Positions 10,417 through 20,689 of a stretch of DNA of 64,000 bases are shown piece by piece; position 1 is the first letter of the stretch; every line of letters begins with the position of its first letter. This DNA comes from an uncultured Planctomycetia bacterium (lineage in GTDB: Bacteria > Omnitrophota > Gorgyraeia > 2-02-FULL-51-18 > JAGOUK01). Below the pieces are notes generated by a model, which saw only the letters and a program-made list of their open reading frames with translations, had not been told where the DNA came from and ran no database searches. The stretch is taken from assembly GCA_964430735.1 (NCBI GenBank), contig CAYSFB010000005.1:110390-174389 (forward strand). The letters run 5' to 3'. Both the position numbers and the translations under genes were made by a program.

Positions 10417-11239
10417 GCAGTCTATGAATCGGCCCATCGGCGTTTTTGATTCGGGGATCGGGGGACTGACCGTCGTAAAGGCGTTTTTGCGCCATTTGCC
10501 GGAGGAGCCCATCGTGTACTTCGGCGACACAGCCCGCGTGCCGTACGGGACCAAGTCCAAAGAGACCATCACCCGCTTTTCCGCCGAGATCATCCGCTTC
10601 CTCAAGAAGCGGGACGTCAAAATGATCGTGATCGCCTGTCACACCGCCTCGGCCCTGGCGCTCGATTCGGTGATCCAGGAATTCCCGGGCCTGCCCATCT
10701 TGGGCGTTGTCGATCCGGCCTCGCGCAAGGCGGTCGAAACGTCCCGGTCCAAACGCATCGGCGTGATCGGGACCAAGTCGACGATTTCGAGCGGGTCGTT
10801 CGAGCGGGCCATTTACGGCCTCGAGCCCGACGCGCGCGTGTTCAGCCGGGCCTGTCCGCTCTTCGTGCCGATGGTCGAAGAGGGCCGCCGGTCGGGTCCG
10901 ATCGTCGATGCGGTCGTGCGCGATTATCTCGACCCGCTGGCCCAGGAGAACATCGACAGCCTCATTCTGGGATGCACGCATTACCCGATCCTGGCCGACC
11001 GGATCCGCGAAGCGCTCCCGGCCGGCGTGACGCTCGTCGACCCGGCCGAAGAAACGGCATTGTCCGCCAAGTTCGTGCTCAAAGAGCTCGGGTTGTCCGC
11101 ATCAGGCAGCGCCGCCGCTCAGCTCAAATGCTTCGTTTCGGACGACGCGCTGAGCTTCAAGCGCCTGGGCGAGTCCTTTTTGGGCCGGCCGATCACGTCG
11201 GTCGAGCGCGTGGTGGACGAAGAATTTCAGACTGCATAA
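10415..11239 (+). CDS. murI: glutamate racemase
   Basis: IGVFDSGIGGLTV, YFGDTARVPYG, IACHTAS and LGCTHYP match. The true start may be the second ATG at 10424. Confidence 0.9.
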   Translation: MQSMNRPIGVFDSGIGGLTVVKAFLRHLPEEPIVYFGDTARVPYGTKSKETITRFSAEIIRFLKKRDVKMIVIACHTASALALDSVIQEFPGLPILGVVDPASRKAVETSRSKRIGVIGTKSTISSGSFERAIYGLEPDARVFSRACPLFVPMVEEGRRSGPIVDAVVRDYLDPLAQENIDSLILGCTHYPILADRIREALPAGVTLVDPAEETALSAKFVLKELGLSASGSAAAQLKCFVSDDALSFKRLGESFLGRPITSVERVVDEEFQTA

Positions 11240-11265
11240 ACTTTTTTAAAAAAGCAGAACTTTTT

Positions 11266-12015
11266 ATGGAAAATCCGACCAACCCCGACCTGCACCGCCA
11301 GCCAGCCGCTCAGACGACGACCGAGATCTCCGAGATCTTTTCGTCGATTCAGGGCGAGGGGCCGTATTTGGGCAAAAAGCAGATCTTCGTCCGGTTCGGC
11401 CGCTGCAACATGCACTGCCATTATTGCGACGAGCTCGACAAGATGCAGAAGGGGATGTATCAATCCATCGCTATTTCCGAGGTGCTGCGCCAGATCGATG
11501 ACCATGAGCGCGAGCAGGGCCGCCACCATTCCGTGAGTCTCACCGGCGGCGAACCGCTGGTGTACCCGCGCGCGCTCGAGGCCATCCTGCCGGAGCTCAA
11601 AGCCCGCGGCCTTTTGACGTATCTCGAGACGAACGGCACGCTGCCTAAGGTGCTCGAGCGCGTGATCGGCCAGATCGACATCGTCGCGATGGACTTCAAG
11701 CCGTCGAGCAGCACCGGCGACCGCGCGTTCTGGAGCGAGCACCGCGACTTCCTCGCCGTCGCGCGCCGCACGGAAGTGTTCGTCAAAACGGTCGTTACGC
11801 CGGCCGTCACCGTCGAGGATATCCGCAAGGCGGTCGAAATCACCGCTTCCGTCGATCCGCGCATTCCGTTCATTTTTCAGCCCCAGAGCCTGCTCACCGG
11901 CATCAGCGTCGACGCGATGAAGCTTATCGAAAACGAACTTTTTGCCGTGGCAGCCGCATCGCTCAAAGACGTCCGTGTGATCCCCCAGATGCACAAAATC
12001 TGGGGTATGCGGTAA
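11266..12015 (+). CDS. queE: 7-carboxy-7-deazaguanine synthase (radical SAM, QueE)
   Basis: IFSSIQGEGPYLGKKQIFVRFGRCNMHCHYCD matches the QueE Cx3Cx2C cluster region. ATG 11266 is in frame inside the longer track ORF 10972..12015, whose N-terminal extension overlaps murI and is rejected. Confidence 0.85.
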   Translation: MENPTNPDLHRQPAAQTTTEISEIFSSIQGEGPYLGKKQIFVRFGRCNMHCHYCDELDKMQKGMYQSIAISEVLRQIDDHEREQGRHHSVSLTGGEPLVYPRALEAILPELKARGLLTYLETNGTLPKVLERVIGQIDIVAMDFKPSSSTGDRAFWSEHRDFLAVARRTEVFVKTVVTPAVTVEDIRKAVEITASVDPRIPFIFQPQSLLTGISVDAMKLIENELFAVAAASLKDVRVIPQMHKIWGMR

Positions 12016-12026
12016 GAGCCCGTCCC

Positions 12027-13319
12027 ATGGCTTCCTGGCAATCACTCGGACAAGTCGAAACGCTCAAGCAAAAGCCGGTCCAGGAAGTCTGGGTCGACGG
12101 CAAGCTCGTTGCGCTCACTTATCATGACGGCGCGTTCGGCGCCGTTTCTGGCACCTGCCTTCATATCGGCGGGCCTCTCGGGCAGGGGAAGATCAATGTC
12201 GAAGGCTATCTCGTCTGTCCCTGGCATCAGTGGATGTTCCATTGCAAGACCGGCCAGGCACGGCCGGGGATTCCGGCGCAAGTCGCCAGCTATGAACTTA
12301 AAATCGAGAACGGCGAACTTTTTATCAATCCGGCTTCGACGACCCAGGACAAGCACGCCGAACACAAGCCGCATCCGCTGACCCGCAAGCCCGTCCGCAC
12401 ACCCGGTCCCGTCCGCGTGCTCGGCATCTCCACGACGGCCATGAACAAGGATTTTCCGCGCGTCTCCACCTCGGATGCGGTGCTCGAAGAAGCGCTGGCC
12501 CATGCGAAGAAGTCCGGGTCCGAAACTCAGCTCATCAAGCTCAACGACCTCAAGTTCCGCGCGTGTGAAGGGTATTATTCCAAAAGTGCCGAGGCCTGCA
12601 CCTGGCCGTGCTCGATCACGCAGATGGACCCGGCCGACGAGCTCGACCGCGTGTACGAAGCGCTCGTCTTTTGGGCCGACGTTGTCCTGATCTCGACGCC
12701 GATTCGCTGGGGCGCGGCGAGTTCGTTGTACTTCAAGATGGTCGAGCGGATGAATTGCATCCAGAACCAGGAAACGATCGCGAACAACACGCTCATTCAG
12801 AACAAGGTCGCCGCGTTCCTGATCACCGGAGGCCAGGACAATATTCAGGCGGTCGCCGGCCAGATGATGACTTTTTTCACCGAGATCGGCTTCGTGTTCC
12901 CGCCGCATTCCTTCGTCGCGCACAGCCGCGGCTGGGCGGCCGAGGATATGGAAAGCAACGTGGCTGCGGTGCTCGGAAGCGATGATTTGAAGAAGGACGT
13001 CCGTGAGCTGGTCGATCGGTGCATCGAAACGGCCAAGCCGTTGGTCGCAAAGTCCGACCAGGCCGCCAAACAGGGGGACAGAACCGTGAATCACAAGCAG
13101 AACGCGCCGTTTGTGAAGGATGAGACTCCGGGCCGCAAGGCATGGTGCTCCTGCGGAGAATCCGCCAACCAGCCCTACTGCGACGGCAGCCACAAGATCA
13201 AGAACACCGGCAAAAGCCCCGTCATCGTCGAGATCACCGAAGCCAAAAAAGTCGCGTGGTGCGGCTGCAAGCAGTCGGGCAGCGGCCCCTTTTGCGACGG
13301 CTCGCATAAAAAAATCTAA
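12027..13319 (+). CDS. three-domain redox fusion: N-terminal Rieske [2Fe-2S], central flavodoxin-like NAD(P)H-dependent FMN reductase (Isf-like), and two C-terminal CDGSH iron-sulfur motifs
   Basis: Rieske CLHIGGPL...CPWHQW. Flavodoxin-like VRVLGISTTAMNKDFPRVSTSDAVLEEALAHAK with Cys cluster RACEGYYSKSAEACTWPC. Two CDGSHK motifs in the last 50 aa. Confidence 0.7.
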   Translation: MASWQSLGQVETLKQKPVQEVWVDGKLVALTYHDGAFGAVSGTCLHIGGPLGQGKINVEGYLVCPWHQWMFHCKTGQARPGIPAQVASYELKIENGELFINPASTTQDKHAEHKPHPLTRKPVRTPGPVRVLGISTTAMNKDFPRVSTSDAVLEEALAHAKKSGSETQLIKLNDLKFRACEGYYSKSAEACTWPCSITQMDPADELDRVYEALVFWADVVLISTPIRWGAASSLYFKMVERMNCIQNQETIANNTLIQNKVAAFLITGGQDNIQAVAGQMMTFFTEIGFVFPPHSFVAHSRGWAAEDMESNVAAVLGSDDLKKDVRELVDRCIETAKPLVAKSDQAAKQGDRTVNHKQNAPFVKDETPGRKAWCSCGESANQPYCDGSHKIKNTGKSPVIVEITEAKKVAWCGCKQSGSGPFCDGSHKKI

Positions 13320-13334
13320 AGGGGACACTCGATC

Positions 13335-14069
13335 ATGAGCTCAGCCAAATCCACCCAGCGCCACGACGGCCGGACCCACGCCCAAATGCGTCCGGTCAAA
13401 CTCAAGGCCCGCGCCAACCGCCACGCCGAAGGATCGTGCCTGGTCACGGTCGGTGAGACGGAAGTGCTTTGCACCGCGACCGTCGAGAACAAGGTGCCTC
13501 CTTTCCTCAAAGGTTCCGGCAAGGGCTGGGTGACGGCTGAGTACGCGATGCTGCCGCGGTCGTGCCCGACCCGGATCGCGCGCGACATCTCCAAGGGCAA
13601 ACTCGACGGCCGCAGTTCCGAGATCCAGCGGCTCATCGGCCGCTCGCTCCGCAGCGTCATGGATATGTCCAAGCTCGGCGAGCGGACCATCCTGATCGAT
13701 TGCGACGTTTTTTCGGGCGACGGCGGGACGCGCTGCGCTTCGATCACCGGCGGTTTCGTCGCATTGGCGCATGCCTGCGGCAAACTCCTCAAAGACGGCA
13801 TCATCGCCGAGAACCCGATCCGCGACCATGTCGCCGCCGTGAGCGTCGGTGTCGTCAAAGGGACGCCCTGTCTCGACCTCTGTTACGTCGAGGACGCGGC
13901 AGCCGACGTGGACATGAACGTCATCATGACCGGCTCCGGCAAATTCATCGAAGTGCAGGGGACCGCCGAACGCGAACCCTTCGACGACGCCGCGATGCAA
14001 AAGCTTCTCGCTCTCGCCAAATCCGGCGTCCGCGACCTCGTCGCCCTCCAGAAAAAAGCCCTTAAATAA
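13335..14069 (+). CDS. rph: ribonuclease PH
   Basis: [56 protein letters not shown] and [19 protein letters not shown] match. Confidence 0.95.
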   Translation: MSSAKSTQRHDGRTHAQMRPVKLKARANRHAEGSCLVTVGETEVLCTATVENKVPPFLKGSGKGWVTAEYAMLPRSCPTRIARDISKGKLDGRSSEIQRLIGRSLRSVMDMSKLGERTILIDCDVFSGDGGTRCASITGGFVALAHACGKLLKDGIIAENPIRDHVAAVSVGVVKGTPCLDLCYVEDAAADVDMNVIMTGSGKFIEVQGTAEREPFDDAAMQKLLALAKSGVRDLVALQKKALK

Positions 14070-14071
14070 CT

Positions 14072-14680
14072 ATGCACACGATCGTGATCGGGAGCGCCAA
14101 TAAGGACAAGGCGCGGGAGCTGCAGAGACTTCTCAAGGGTCTCAAGGTGAAGGTGCTGACGCTTGATGCTTTTCCAAAAGCGCCGAAGGTCGTCGAGAAC
14201 GGGCGCACCTTTGAGGCCAATGCGTGCAAGAAGGCTCGCGTGTACTCGAAGCTGAGCGACCACCTCACGCTGGCGGATGACTCCGGCCTCTGCGTCCGTG
14301 TCCTCAATAACCGGCCCGGCGTCTATTCCGCCCGGTTCGCCGGACCCGGCTGCAATTACCTCGACAACAATAAAAAACTCCTCCGCCTTCTCAAAGGCAA
14401 AACCGGCGCCCAGCGGTCCGCTTTTTTCTGCTCCACGATCGCGCTGTACCGGCGCGGCAAAAGGATCAAGGTCGTCAAAGGCGTCTGCAACGGCCGGATC
14501 GCGGAAGCGATGGCCGGCACGAACGGATTCGGATTTGATCCGACCTTCATCCCGTCCGGCTCCAAAAAAACTTTTGCCCAGATGACCCCCGCCCAAAAAA
14601 ACGCGGTCAGCCACCGCGCCCGGGCGCTCGCGGCGGCGCTGCGCTTCATCAAGCCCTACTTCCGCGCCTCCAAGATCTGA
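14072..14680 (+). CDS. rdgB: dITP/XTP pyrophosphatase (Ham1/RdgB family)
   Basis: LADDSGL, RPGVYSARF, GFGFDPTFIP and TFAQM...KNAVSHRARA match. This is the conserved rph-rdgB pair. Confidence 0.9.
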   Translation: MHTIVIGSANKDKARELQRLLKGLKVKVLTLDAFPKAPKVVENGRTFEANACKKARVYSKLSDHLTLADDSGLCVRVLNNRPGVYSARFAGPGCNYLDNNKKLLRLLKGKTGAQRSAFFCSTIALYRRGKRIKVVKGVCNGRIAEAMAGTNGFGFDPTFIPSGSKKTFAQMTPAQKNAVSHRARALAAALRFIKPYFRASKI

Positions 14681-14691
14681 CGCGAGCCCTT

Positions 14692-17600
14692 ATGAACGCC
14701 CCGTTCCGGAGCAGCGACATCATCAACCATGTGGGCCGCGCCGTTTATGAAAAGGGGCGGGACTATTGGGACCGCGGCCGCGTGACCCGGATGGCCCGCG
14801 CCGGCAATCAGATCACGGGGTCGGTGCGCGGCACCCGCCCCTCCGCCTACAAGCCCTCCATCACCCTGAACGCGACGGGCATCGCCGGCTCCCTGTGCGA
14901 TTGTCCCGTCATGTATGCCTGCAAACACGTCGCCGCTCTGGCGCTCAAGGCGATCGAGGGAACCGTTCCTGCGGCCGCCGGCAAAAACGCCTCTGCGCCC
15001 GCGGCCGCGCCAACCCGGTCATCCCGTTCCGGAAGCAATTGGACCGAAGCGCTGCGCGGCCTCGCCGACCGGCCGGGTGATCCCGAGCCCAAAGGGGAAT
15101 TGAGAATCCTTCTGCGGCTGGAAAAAGCGCAGCAGGTGTACCGCCCGCGCGAAGGCGACGCCGGCGGATGGGATCTGGAATTGCGCCCTCAGGTGTATTA
15201 TCCCGATGCGCGCCGCGTGTCGATGACGGACTTGCAGTGGAAGGATGTGTATTCGGGGGCTCCGACCCACCGGCTGGGCGGAACGTTCATTTCGCGGCGG
15301 CAGAGCTGGTTTTTCCAGCAGCTGGCGCAGGCGCTGCGCACCGGGTACTTTGACGAAAGTTCCAAGTGGCTCGGCGTGAACAGCGAAAACGCGTTTCCGG
15401 TCTGGGAAGTGCTTTCGCGCAGCCGGTCGTGCGGCGTGGCGCTCGTCTGCTCCGACCTTCAGGACACGCGGCCGGTGCCGGTTCACACGACGCCGGTTTC
15501 GCTCCATGTCACGATCCGGGACGATGCCGACGGCGTGCTGCTCGAGAGCGCGGCGCATGCGGGTGAGGACCCGGCCCGCGACGGCATCCGGCTTCTGGGC
15601 GACCCGCCGGTGTTCGGCGCCGTCCTGCGCCGTCCGCCGGGCCTCGAAGCGCCGGACGCGCCCCCTCAGATCGTTGCGCTGCATCCCGCGGACGGCTTGC
15701 CGCCCGAATCCGCTTCGATCGCCGCCTGGGCGTCACATCCCGTCCTCATCCCCCAAAAAGAAATCGCACTTTTCGTCAAAGACTACGCCCCGCAGCTCTT
15801 GCGCGGCTGCCGCGTGGAGAACCGGTCGACCCGGGTGGCGCTGCCCGTTCACGCCGCGCCGCAGCTGAGCGTGCATGTTTCGAAGTCCGGTCCGGACGGC
15901 GTCGCGCTGAGCTGCGTGTGGAAATACGCCGGCGTGACTGTGCCGCTGTCGAGTTCCGAAGCGCTGTGCGCGAACGGCTCGGAACTGCCGATCCTGAGGG
16001 ATCCGGACCAGGAACGCGCGATCCGCGCTGCGGTGCAAGGCATTTGGGGACTGGGACCGGTGCAGGACAGGACGGTTCTGCGCGGACCGGAAGCGGCGCG
16101 GTTCCTGACCACCGCGCTCGCCGAGCTCGAGTCGGACCCGCGCGTCGCCGTCGTCCGGGATCCGGACATTCCGCAGCCGACCGACGCCGGCGAGCCGCCG
16201 TCGGCGGAATTCAGCGTAACCGAGCGGAACGGCGACAACGATTGGTTCGACTTCGACATGACCGTCACGGTCGGCGGCGAGCGTGTTCCGTTCGACCGGG
16301 TGTTCGCGGCGCTGACGGTCGGGGAAGAGTATTTGTTTTTGCCCAGCGGGCGTTTCGTGCTGCTCAAGAGCCCGTACTTCGACCGGCTGCGGCTGCTGAT
16401 TCAGCAGGCCCGGCACTTGTGGGACCCGAAGTCGGGTCGATGGGTGGTGAGCCGTTTTCAGGCGGGGTGGTGGAACGAGCTGATCCAGCTCGGCGTGGTC
16501 GGGCGTCAGGCCGACCGGTGGCGGGAGTCCATGCAGGGGCTTTTGGACTTCAAAGGAGTGCCGATCCTGGCCCAGCCGGCGGCGTTTCAGGGTGTTCTGC
16601 GGCATTATCAGATCGAAGGGTATTCCTGGATGCGTTTCCTGCGTGATCAGGGGATCGGCGGCATCCTCGCCGACGACATGGGTCTCGGCAAAACGGTGCA
16701 GACCATCTCGATGATCGCGTCCTGCCGCGATGCCGCCGACGCGTCCTCGTCCGAAAAGCGCCGTCCGTTCCTGATCGTCGCCCCCACCAGCGTCGTGGAA
16801 AACTGGGACGCGGAATTCGACCGGTTCGCGCCGCATCTGAAGCGCGTCGTGATGCGCCGCGGCGACCGGACCGACGCGCACGAGCGGATGGCCGACGCCG
16901 ACGTCACGGTGACGTCGTACGCGCTCCTCCAGCGCGACGGAGACCGGTTCGTCGGCCAGGCGTGGGACACCGTCATCTTCGACGAAGCGCAGTTCGTCAA
17001 AAACCATTTGTCCAAGGCCTACGCCTTCATCCGCCGCCTTAAGGCCCGGTGCAAAATCGCGCTGACCGGCACGCCGCTCGAGAACAACCTGATGGAGCTC
17101 TGGTCGATCTGCTCGGTCGCGGCGCCGGGACTTTTTCCTCCTCCGGAAAAGTTCAAAGAGACGTTCCAGAAGCCCATCGAAAAGGACTCCGACCGCGAGG
17201 CGCTCGGCGCGCTGCGGGCGCACTTGAGGCCGTTTCTTCTGCGCCGGATGAAGGAAATGGTCGAAAAGGAACTTCCGCCCAAGACGGAGCAGACTTGGTT
17301 CGTCGACATGAGCCCCAAGCAGAAGCATGTGTACGACGTCCAGCTGCAGCGCGAGCGTCAGCGCGTCCTAGGGCTGTTGGACGACGGCGGGCTCAAGGAT
17401 CACCGGTTCCAGATCCTCACGGCGCTCACGCGTCTGCGGCAGCTGTGCCTGCACGCGGACCTGGTCGACGCCAAGCACAAGGACGTGCCGTCCGCCAAGC
17501 TGGACGAACTCATGGACCGGCTCGAAACGATCCTGGCGGAAGGCCATCGCGTGATCGTGTTCAGCCAGTTCACGTCTTTTTTGGCGCATGTGAAGGCCCG

Positions 17601-17997
17601 GTTCGAGGCGCGCAAGTGGGAATACTGTTATCTGGACGGCACGACGACGCGCCGCAAGCAGGTGCTGGAACGCTTCGAAAAAGAGCGGCAGATCCCGCTG
17701 TTTTTGATCAGCTTGAAGGCCGGCGGCTTCGGCTTGAACCTCACGTCGGCGGATTATTGCGTGCTGCTCGACCCCTGGTGGAACCCGGCGGTCGAGGCGC
17801 AGGCCGTGGATCGGACGCACCGCATCGGCCAGACCCGCCACGTGATGATTTACCGGATGATCCTCAAGGACACGATCGAGGAAAAAGTTCTCAAGCTCCA
17901 GGAAAAGAAAAAAGCGCTGTTCAGCGACGTCCTCGAAGACGGCGACGCCTTTTCGGCGCTGGTCACCGAGTCGGATATCCGGAATATTTTTTCTTAG
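14692..17997 (+). CDS. SNF2-family ATP-dependent helicase with an N-terminal SWIM zinc finger
   Basis: SWIM motif CDCPVMYACKHVAA. Walker A ILADDMGLGKTVQTI, DEAQFVKN, LTGTPLENN and helicase-C QAVDRTHRIGQTRHVMIYRMI match. Confidence 0.85.
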   Translation: MNAPFRSSDIINHVGRAVYEKGRDYWDRGRVTRMARAGNQITGSVRGTRPSAYKPSITLNATGIAGSLCDCPVMYACKHVAALALKAIEGTVPAAAGKNASAPAAAPTRSSRSGSNWTEALRGLADRPGDPEPKGELRILLRLEKAQQVYRPREGDAGGWDLELRPQVYYPDARRVSMTDLQWKDVYSGAPTHRLGGTFISRRQSWFFQQLAQALRTGYFDESSKWLGVNSENAFPVWEVLSRSRSCGVALVCSDLQDTRPVPVHTTPVSLHVTIRDDADGVLLESAAHAGEDPARDGIRLLGDPPVFGAVLRRPPGLEAPDAPPQIVALHPADGLPPESASIAAWASHPVLIPQKEIALFVKDYAPQLLRGCRVENRSTRVALPVHAAPQLSVHVSKSGPDGVALSCVWKYAGVTVPLSSSEALCANGSELPILRDPDQERAIRAAVQGIWGLGPVQDRTVLRGPEAARFLTTALAELESDPRVAVVRDPDIPQPTDAGEPPSAEFSVTERNGDNDWFDFDMTVTVGGERVPFDRVFAALTVGEEYLFLPSGRFVLLKSPYFDRLRLLIQQARHLWDPKSGRWVVSRFQAGWWNELIQLGVVGRQADRWRESMQGLLDFKGVPILAQPAAFQGVLRHYQIEGYSWMRFLRDQGIGGILADDMGLGKTVQTISMIASCRDAADASSSEKRRPFLIVAPTSVVENWDAEFDRFAPHLKRVVMRRGDRTDAHERMADADVTVTSYALLQRDGDRFVGQAWDTVIFDEAQFVKNHLSKAYAFIRRLKARCKIALTGTPLENNLMELWSICSVAAPGLFPPPEKFKETFQKPIEKDSDREALGALRAHLRPFLLRRMKEMVEKELPPKTEQTWFVDMSPKQKHVYDVQLQRERQRVLGLLDDGGLKDHRFQILTALTRLRQLCLHADLVDAKHKDVPSAKLDELMDRLETILAEGHRVIVFSQFTSFLAHVKARFEARKWEYCYLDGTTTRRKQVLERFEKERQIPLFLISLKAGGFGLNLTSADYCVLLDPWWNPAVEAQAVDRTHRIGQTRHVMIYRMILKDTIEEKVLKLQEKKKALFSDVLEDGDAFSALVTESDIRNIFS

Positions 17998-18016
17998 AAA
18001 AACGGTTCTGACGGCG

Positions 18017-20554
18017 TCAGGACTGCGGAGTGAAGGCCGGCTCTTTGAAGTTCCCGGTGATCAGGTAGCGGGTGATTTTGTTCTCGGCGATGTTGATGAG
18101 GGCGGGGGTAAGACCTCCGACTTCGCTGGCCTCGCGGATGATGCCGGATGTGAAGCGCGAGACCACGTTGAGGGCCATTGTCGTATCGAAGCCAATGCGG
18201 CCGTTGAAGTGCACATCGATCAGATCCGAAGACATCGTGCAGTCGTCCGTTCGAACTTCGCCGCCCGAAACGGTGAAAGATCCGTTGGCGCTTTTGAACA
18301 CGATATTCTCGGCCCCCTCGATCGTGACGAAGAGCACCTTTTTGAGCCGCTTGAAGAGCTCCGTCTGCCACAACTGCCCGTCGCTCACCCGGAAGCTTCC
18401 CTGACCTTTGAACGACTTCGGATCGGTCATGACGCCCGACAGGACGAGGTCCAGGTTCAGGAGCCCTGAGAATTTGTTCTTGATGAAGTCGAGCTTTTCG
18501 CAGAATTTGCCGAGATCCGCGTCCTGCGTGAAGATGTGCGTTTCGAAATAAGGCTTTTTCAGATCCGTCAGGTCCGCGCGTCCCGTCGCCCGCGCTTCGC
18601 CGCCGTAGAATCCTGCCTTCGCGTATAGAATCTCGAGGATTCCCGATTCGAGCCGGAGATCGGCCTCGATCGGCGCAAACGTCACCGTGTCCGCGACCGT
18701 GAGCCGGTCCGATTCGGCTTCCAGACGCAGGCTGACGGAGTTCAGGTTCTTGAACGAGCCGTGCACGTGGCCTTTGCCGTCGATGACGCCTTTGAGCTTC
18801 AGGTTCTTGAGCCAGGGCTGTTGGGCCTGCCAGTCAGCCGCCAGGCGTTCGGGGACCAGGTGCGCGCGGAAGTCCGCGTTGATCACGGGGTTTTTCATCA
18901 GGATCAGGGTGCCGGACGCGCCCGCATGCGACGGACCCGACTCGAGCGTCAGCGTCGAGAATTCGATCCGGTCGGAGAAGGAACGGAAGCGCGCTCCGAC
19001 CTCCCATTTGCGGGTCGCGAGGTTGACGCGGCCCAGGCCGCCGGGCGCGTTGCTGAATTGGCCGCTCAGCGTGTAGTTGTCTTTGCCGTGACGGAAGAAC
19101 AGGTCGTCCGTTCCGAATACGCGCATGTCCTGGACGGTGATCGTGCCGTTCAGCTCGGTGATCGGACTTTTGAGCGGCTTGGGTTCGAGGCGTCCGTTCC
19201 GGACATCGAGCCGGATCGACCGGATGTTCCGGGTGAGTTCCGAGGGGAGGCCCGACATCGTGGCTTCGAGCTTGAGATCGCCTTTGAGCGATCCGGGGTT
19301 CAGCGCATGCTCGAAGACCTTGGGCGCCATCGGCCGCCACACGTTGAGATCGGAGAGGGTCTGGCGCAGCGTGAGCTCGGTCCGGTGGGATTCGGACCGG
19401 TCGACCGTGCCTTCGACCGTAAAGCTGGTTTTGTCCCAGGTACCCTGGATGCGCGGAATCTCGATCAGTTCCGGGTTCCAGGCGACCGCCGCGGAGCTCA
19501 AGCGCACTTCACGAATGTTGTCGGTGAGATTCCTGGCCGTCACGGACTTGGCCTCAAGCAGACCGTCGGTGACGCGGAGCTTGCGGTCGTTGAAGTCAAA
19601 GGATCCGGAGAGTTTGACGCCGAAGGCACCCGCGGCTTCGCGTCGGCCCCAGCGTCCTTCGAGCGCCGCCCGTTTGGATTCCAAATCGAAGGTCAGCAGC
19701 GTCGCCCCGTCGTATCGCAGGTCGAACGAGGCGTCGCCGCGCAACTTGTTGATGCTGATGCTGTGCTTTAAAAGCGCCGGGACGAGCCAGGAGGGGACGC
19801 GGTCGATATTGCCGGTCAGGTTGAGCCGATGCCGTCCGTCGGCCAGGTTCACGAGGCCTTCGGCCTTGAATTCCCCGCGGCCGAACGAAGTCCTGAAGTC
19901 GGCCTGCACCGGAATCAGCGGACGGCGCGACAGCTGCGTCCGGAAATGGATTTCTTTGAGCACTTCGATCGGTTCCGTCGCCGCGGCTGCGCCTGGTTTG
20001 GCCGCGGGCAGGATCGAGATGCGGCCGTGGCGGATCTCGAGCTCGTTCAGGTAAACGTTGGACGGCAGGAACGAATCGTCGAAGATGGCCTCGAGCACGA
20101 CGAACGGGTGGGGGACGGGGTTCTCGACCGGTACGGGAGCGTCTTCCGAACCGGCCGGCGCGGCCGGGGCTGGAACCGCGGCGGGTTTGGGCTTTACAGG
20201 ACCCAGCCGGACTTCGGTGACGGCCGAGTCGACTTCGATTTTTTGCAGGACGATCCGGTCGTCCTGGAGAAAAGCCGGCAGGTCCGTCGCCAGCCGGATC
20301 GATTGCGCGCGGAACAGCTCTTCTCCTTTTTTGCCTTTGAGCACCGGTCGGTCGATCCGGATCCCGTGGAACGGCAGGTAGTGGACGCGCTCGAAGTCCG
20401 CCTCGAATCCGGTGGCTTTGCGGATGGCGTCGATGGGGATTTGTTTGAGGTTGCCGGGCAATAGTCCCCAATGCCAGTACGCCGCCGCCAGGACGAGCAG
20501 GAGGAGGATGAGGATTCTGAGGAAACGCCGTAAGGCGGCGACATGGGAGCGCAT
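18017..20554 (-). CDS. AsmA-family-like large envelope protein (N-terminal TM anchor plus long periplasmic beta-rich region)
   Basis: The longest ORF in this region. N-terminal LRILILLLLVLAAAYWHW. No enzymatic motifs. Family assignment is by architecture only. Confidence 0.45.
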   Translation of the reverse strand: MRSHVAALRRFLRILILLLLVLAAAYWHWGLLPGNLKQIPIDAIRKATGFEADFERVHYLPFHGIRIDRPVLKGKKGEELFRAQSIRLATDLPAFLQDDRIVLQKIEVDSAVTEVRLGPVKPKPAAVPAPAAPAGSEDAPVPVENPVPHPFVVLEAIFDDSFLPSNVYLNELEIRHGRISILPAAKPGAAAATEPIEVLKEIHFRTQLSRRPLIPVQADFRTSFGRGEFKAEGLVNLADGRHRLNLTGNIDRVPSWLVPALLKHSISINKLRGDASFDLRYDGATLLTFDLESKRAALEGRWGRREAAGAFGVKLSGSFDFNDRKLRVTDGLLEAKSVTARNLTDNIREVRLSSAAVAWNPELIEIPRIQGTWDKTSFTVEGTVDRSESHRTELTLRQTLSDLNVWRPMAPKVFEHALNPGSLKGDLKLEATMSGLPSELTRNIRSIRLDVRNGRLEPKPLKSPITELNGTITVQDMRVFGTDDLFFRHGKDNYTLSGQFSNAPGGLGRVNLATRKWEVGARFRSFSDRIEFSTLTLESGPSHAGASGTLILMKNPVINADFRAHLVPERLAADWQAQQPWLKNLKLKGVIDGKGHVHGSFKNLNSVSLRLEAESDRLTVADTVTFAPIEADLRLESGILEILYAKAGFYGGEARATGRADLTDLKKPYFETHIFTQDADLGKFCEKLDFIKNKFSGLLNLDLVLSGVMTDPKSFKGQGSFRVSDGQLWQTELFKRLKKVLFVTIEGAENIVFKSANGSFTVSGGEVRTDDCTMSSDLIDVHFNGRIGFDTTMALNVVSRFTSGIIREASEVGGLTPALINIAENKITRYLITGNFKEPAFTPQS

Positions 20555-20605
20555 CGGATTATTATACTGTCAAAAGATGATTAATTATGATGATCAGGGC
20601 TTCTC

Positions 20606-20633
20606 TTGATAGCCGCTGGTCCGTCATTATACT
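20606..20633 (+). promoter_or_regulatory. near-consensus sigma70-type promoter TTGATA-16 nt-TATACT in the 135-bp AT-rich divergent intergenic region upstream of the giant gene
   Basis: The -35 is at 20606-20611 and the -10 at 20628-20633, about 55 nt before ATG 20690. The region 20555..20689 is about 35% GC within a ~63% GC context. Confidence 0.45.
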
Positions 20634-20689
20634 TAATGGCAATATCATATGATCAGACTTTATAAGTACTTATATAGGCGAACGAGCGG

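Noticed and set aside
10972-11265. N-terminal extension of queE in the ORF track (starts 10972, overlapping murI)
   Set aside because: The QueE homology begins at ATG 11266. The upstream in-frame residues are Arg-rich nonsense overlapping the murI coding sequence.
17998-18016. Short palindrome CTGACGGCGTCAG between the convergent SNF2 and AsmA-like genes, considered as a bidirectional terminator
   Set aside because: The stem is 6 bp with a 1-nt loop and no flanking T or A runs. It is too weak to call.
18761-20464. Plus-strand ORFs (336 aa, 309 aa, 211 aa) opposite the AsmA-like gene
   Set aside because: Low-complexity Arg/Pro/Gly translations. The 845-aa minus-strand ORF with an N-terminal TM anchor is the coherent reading.
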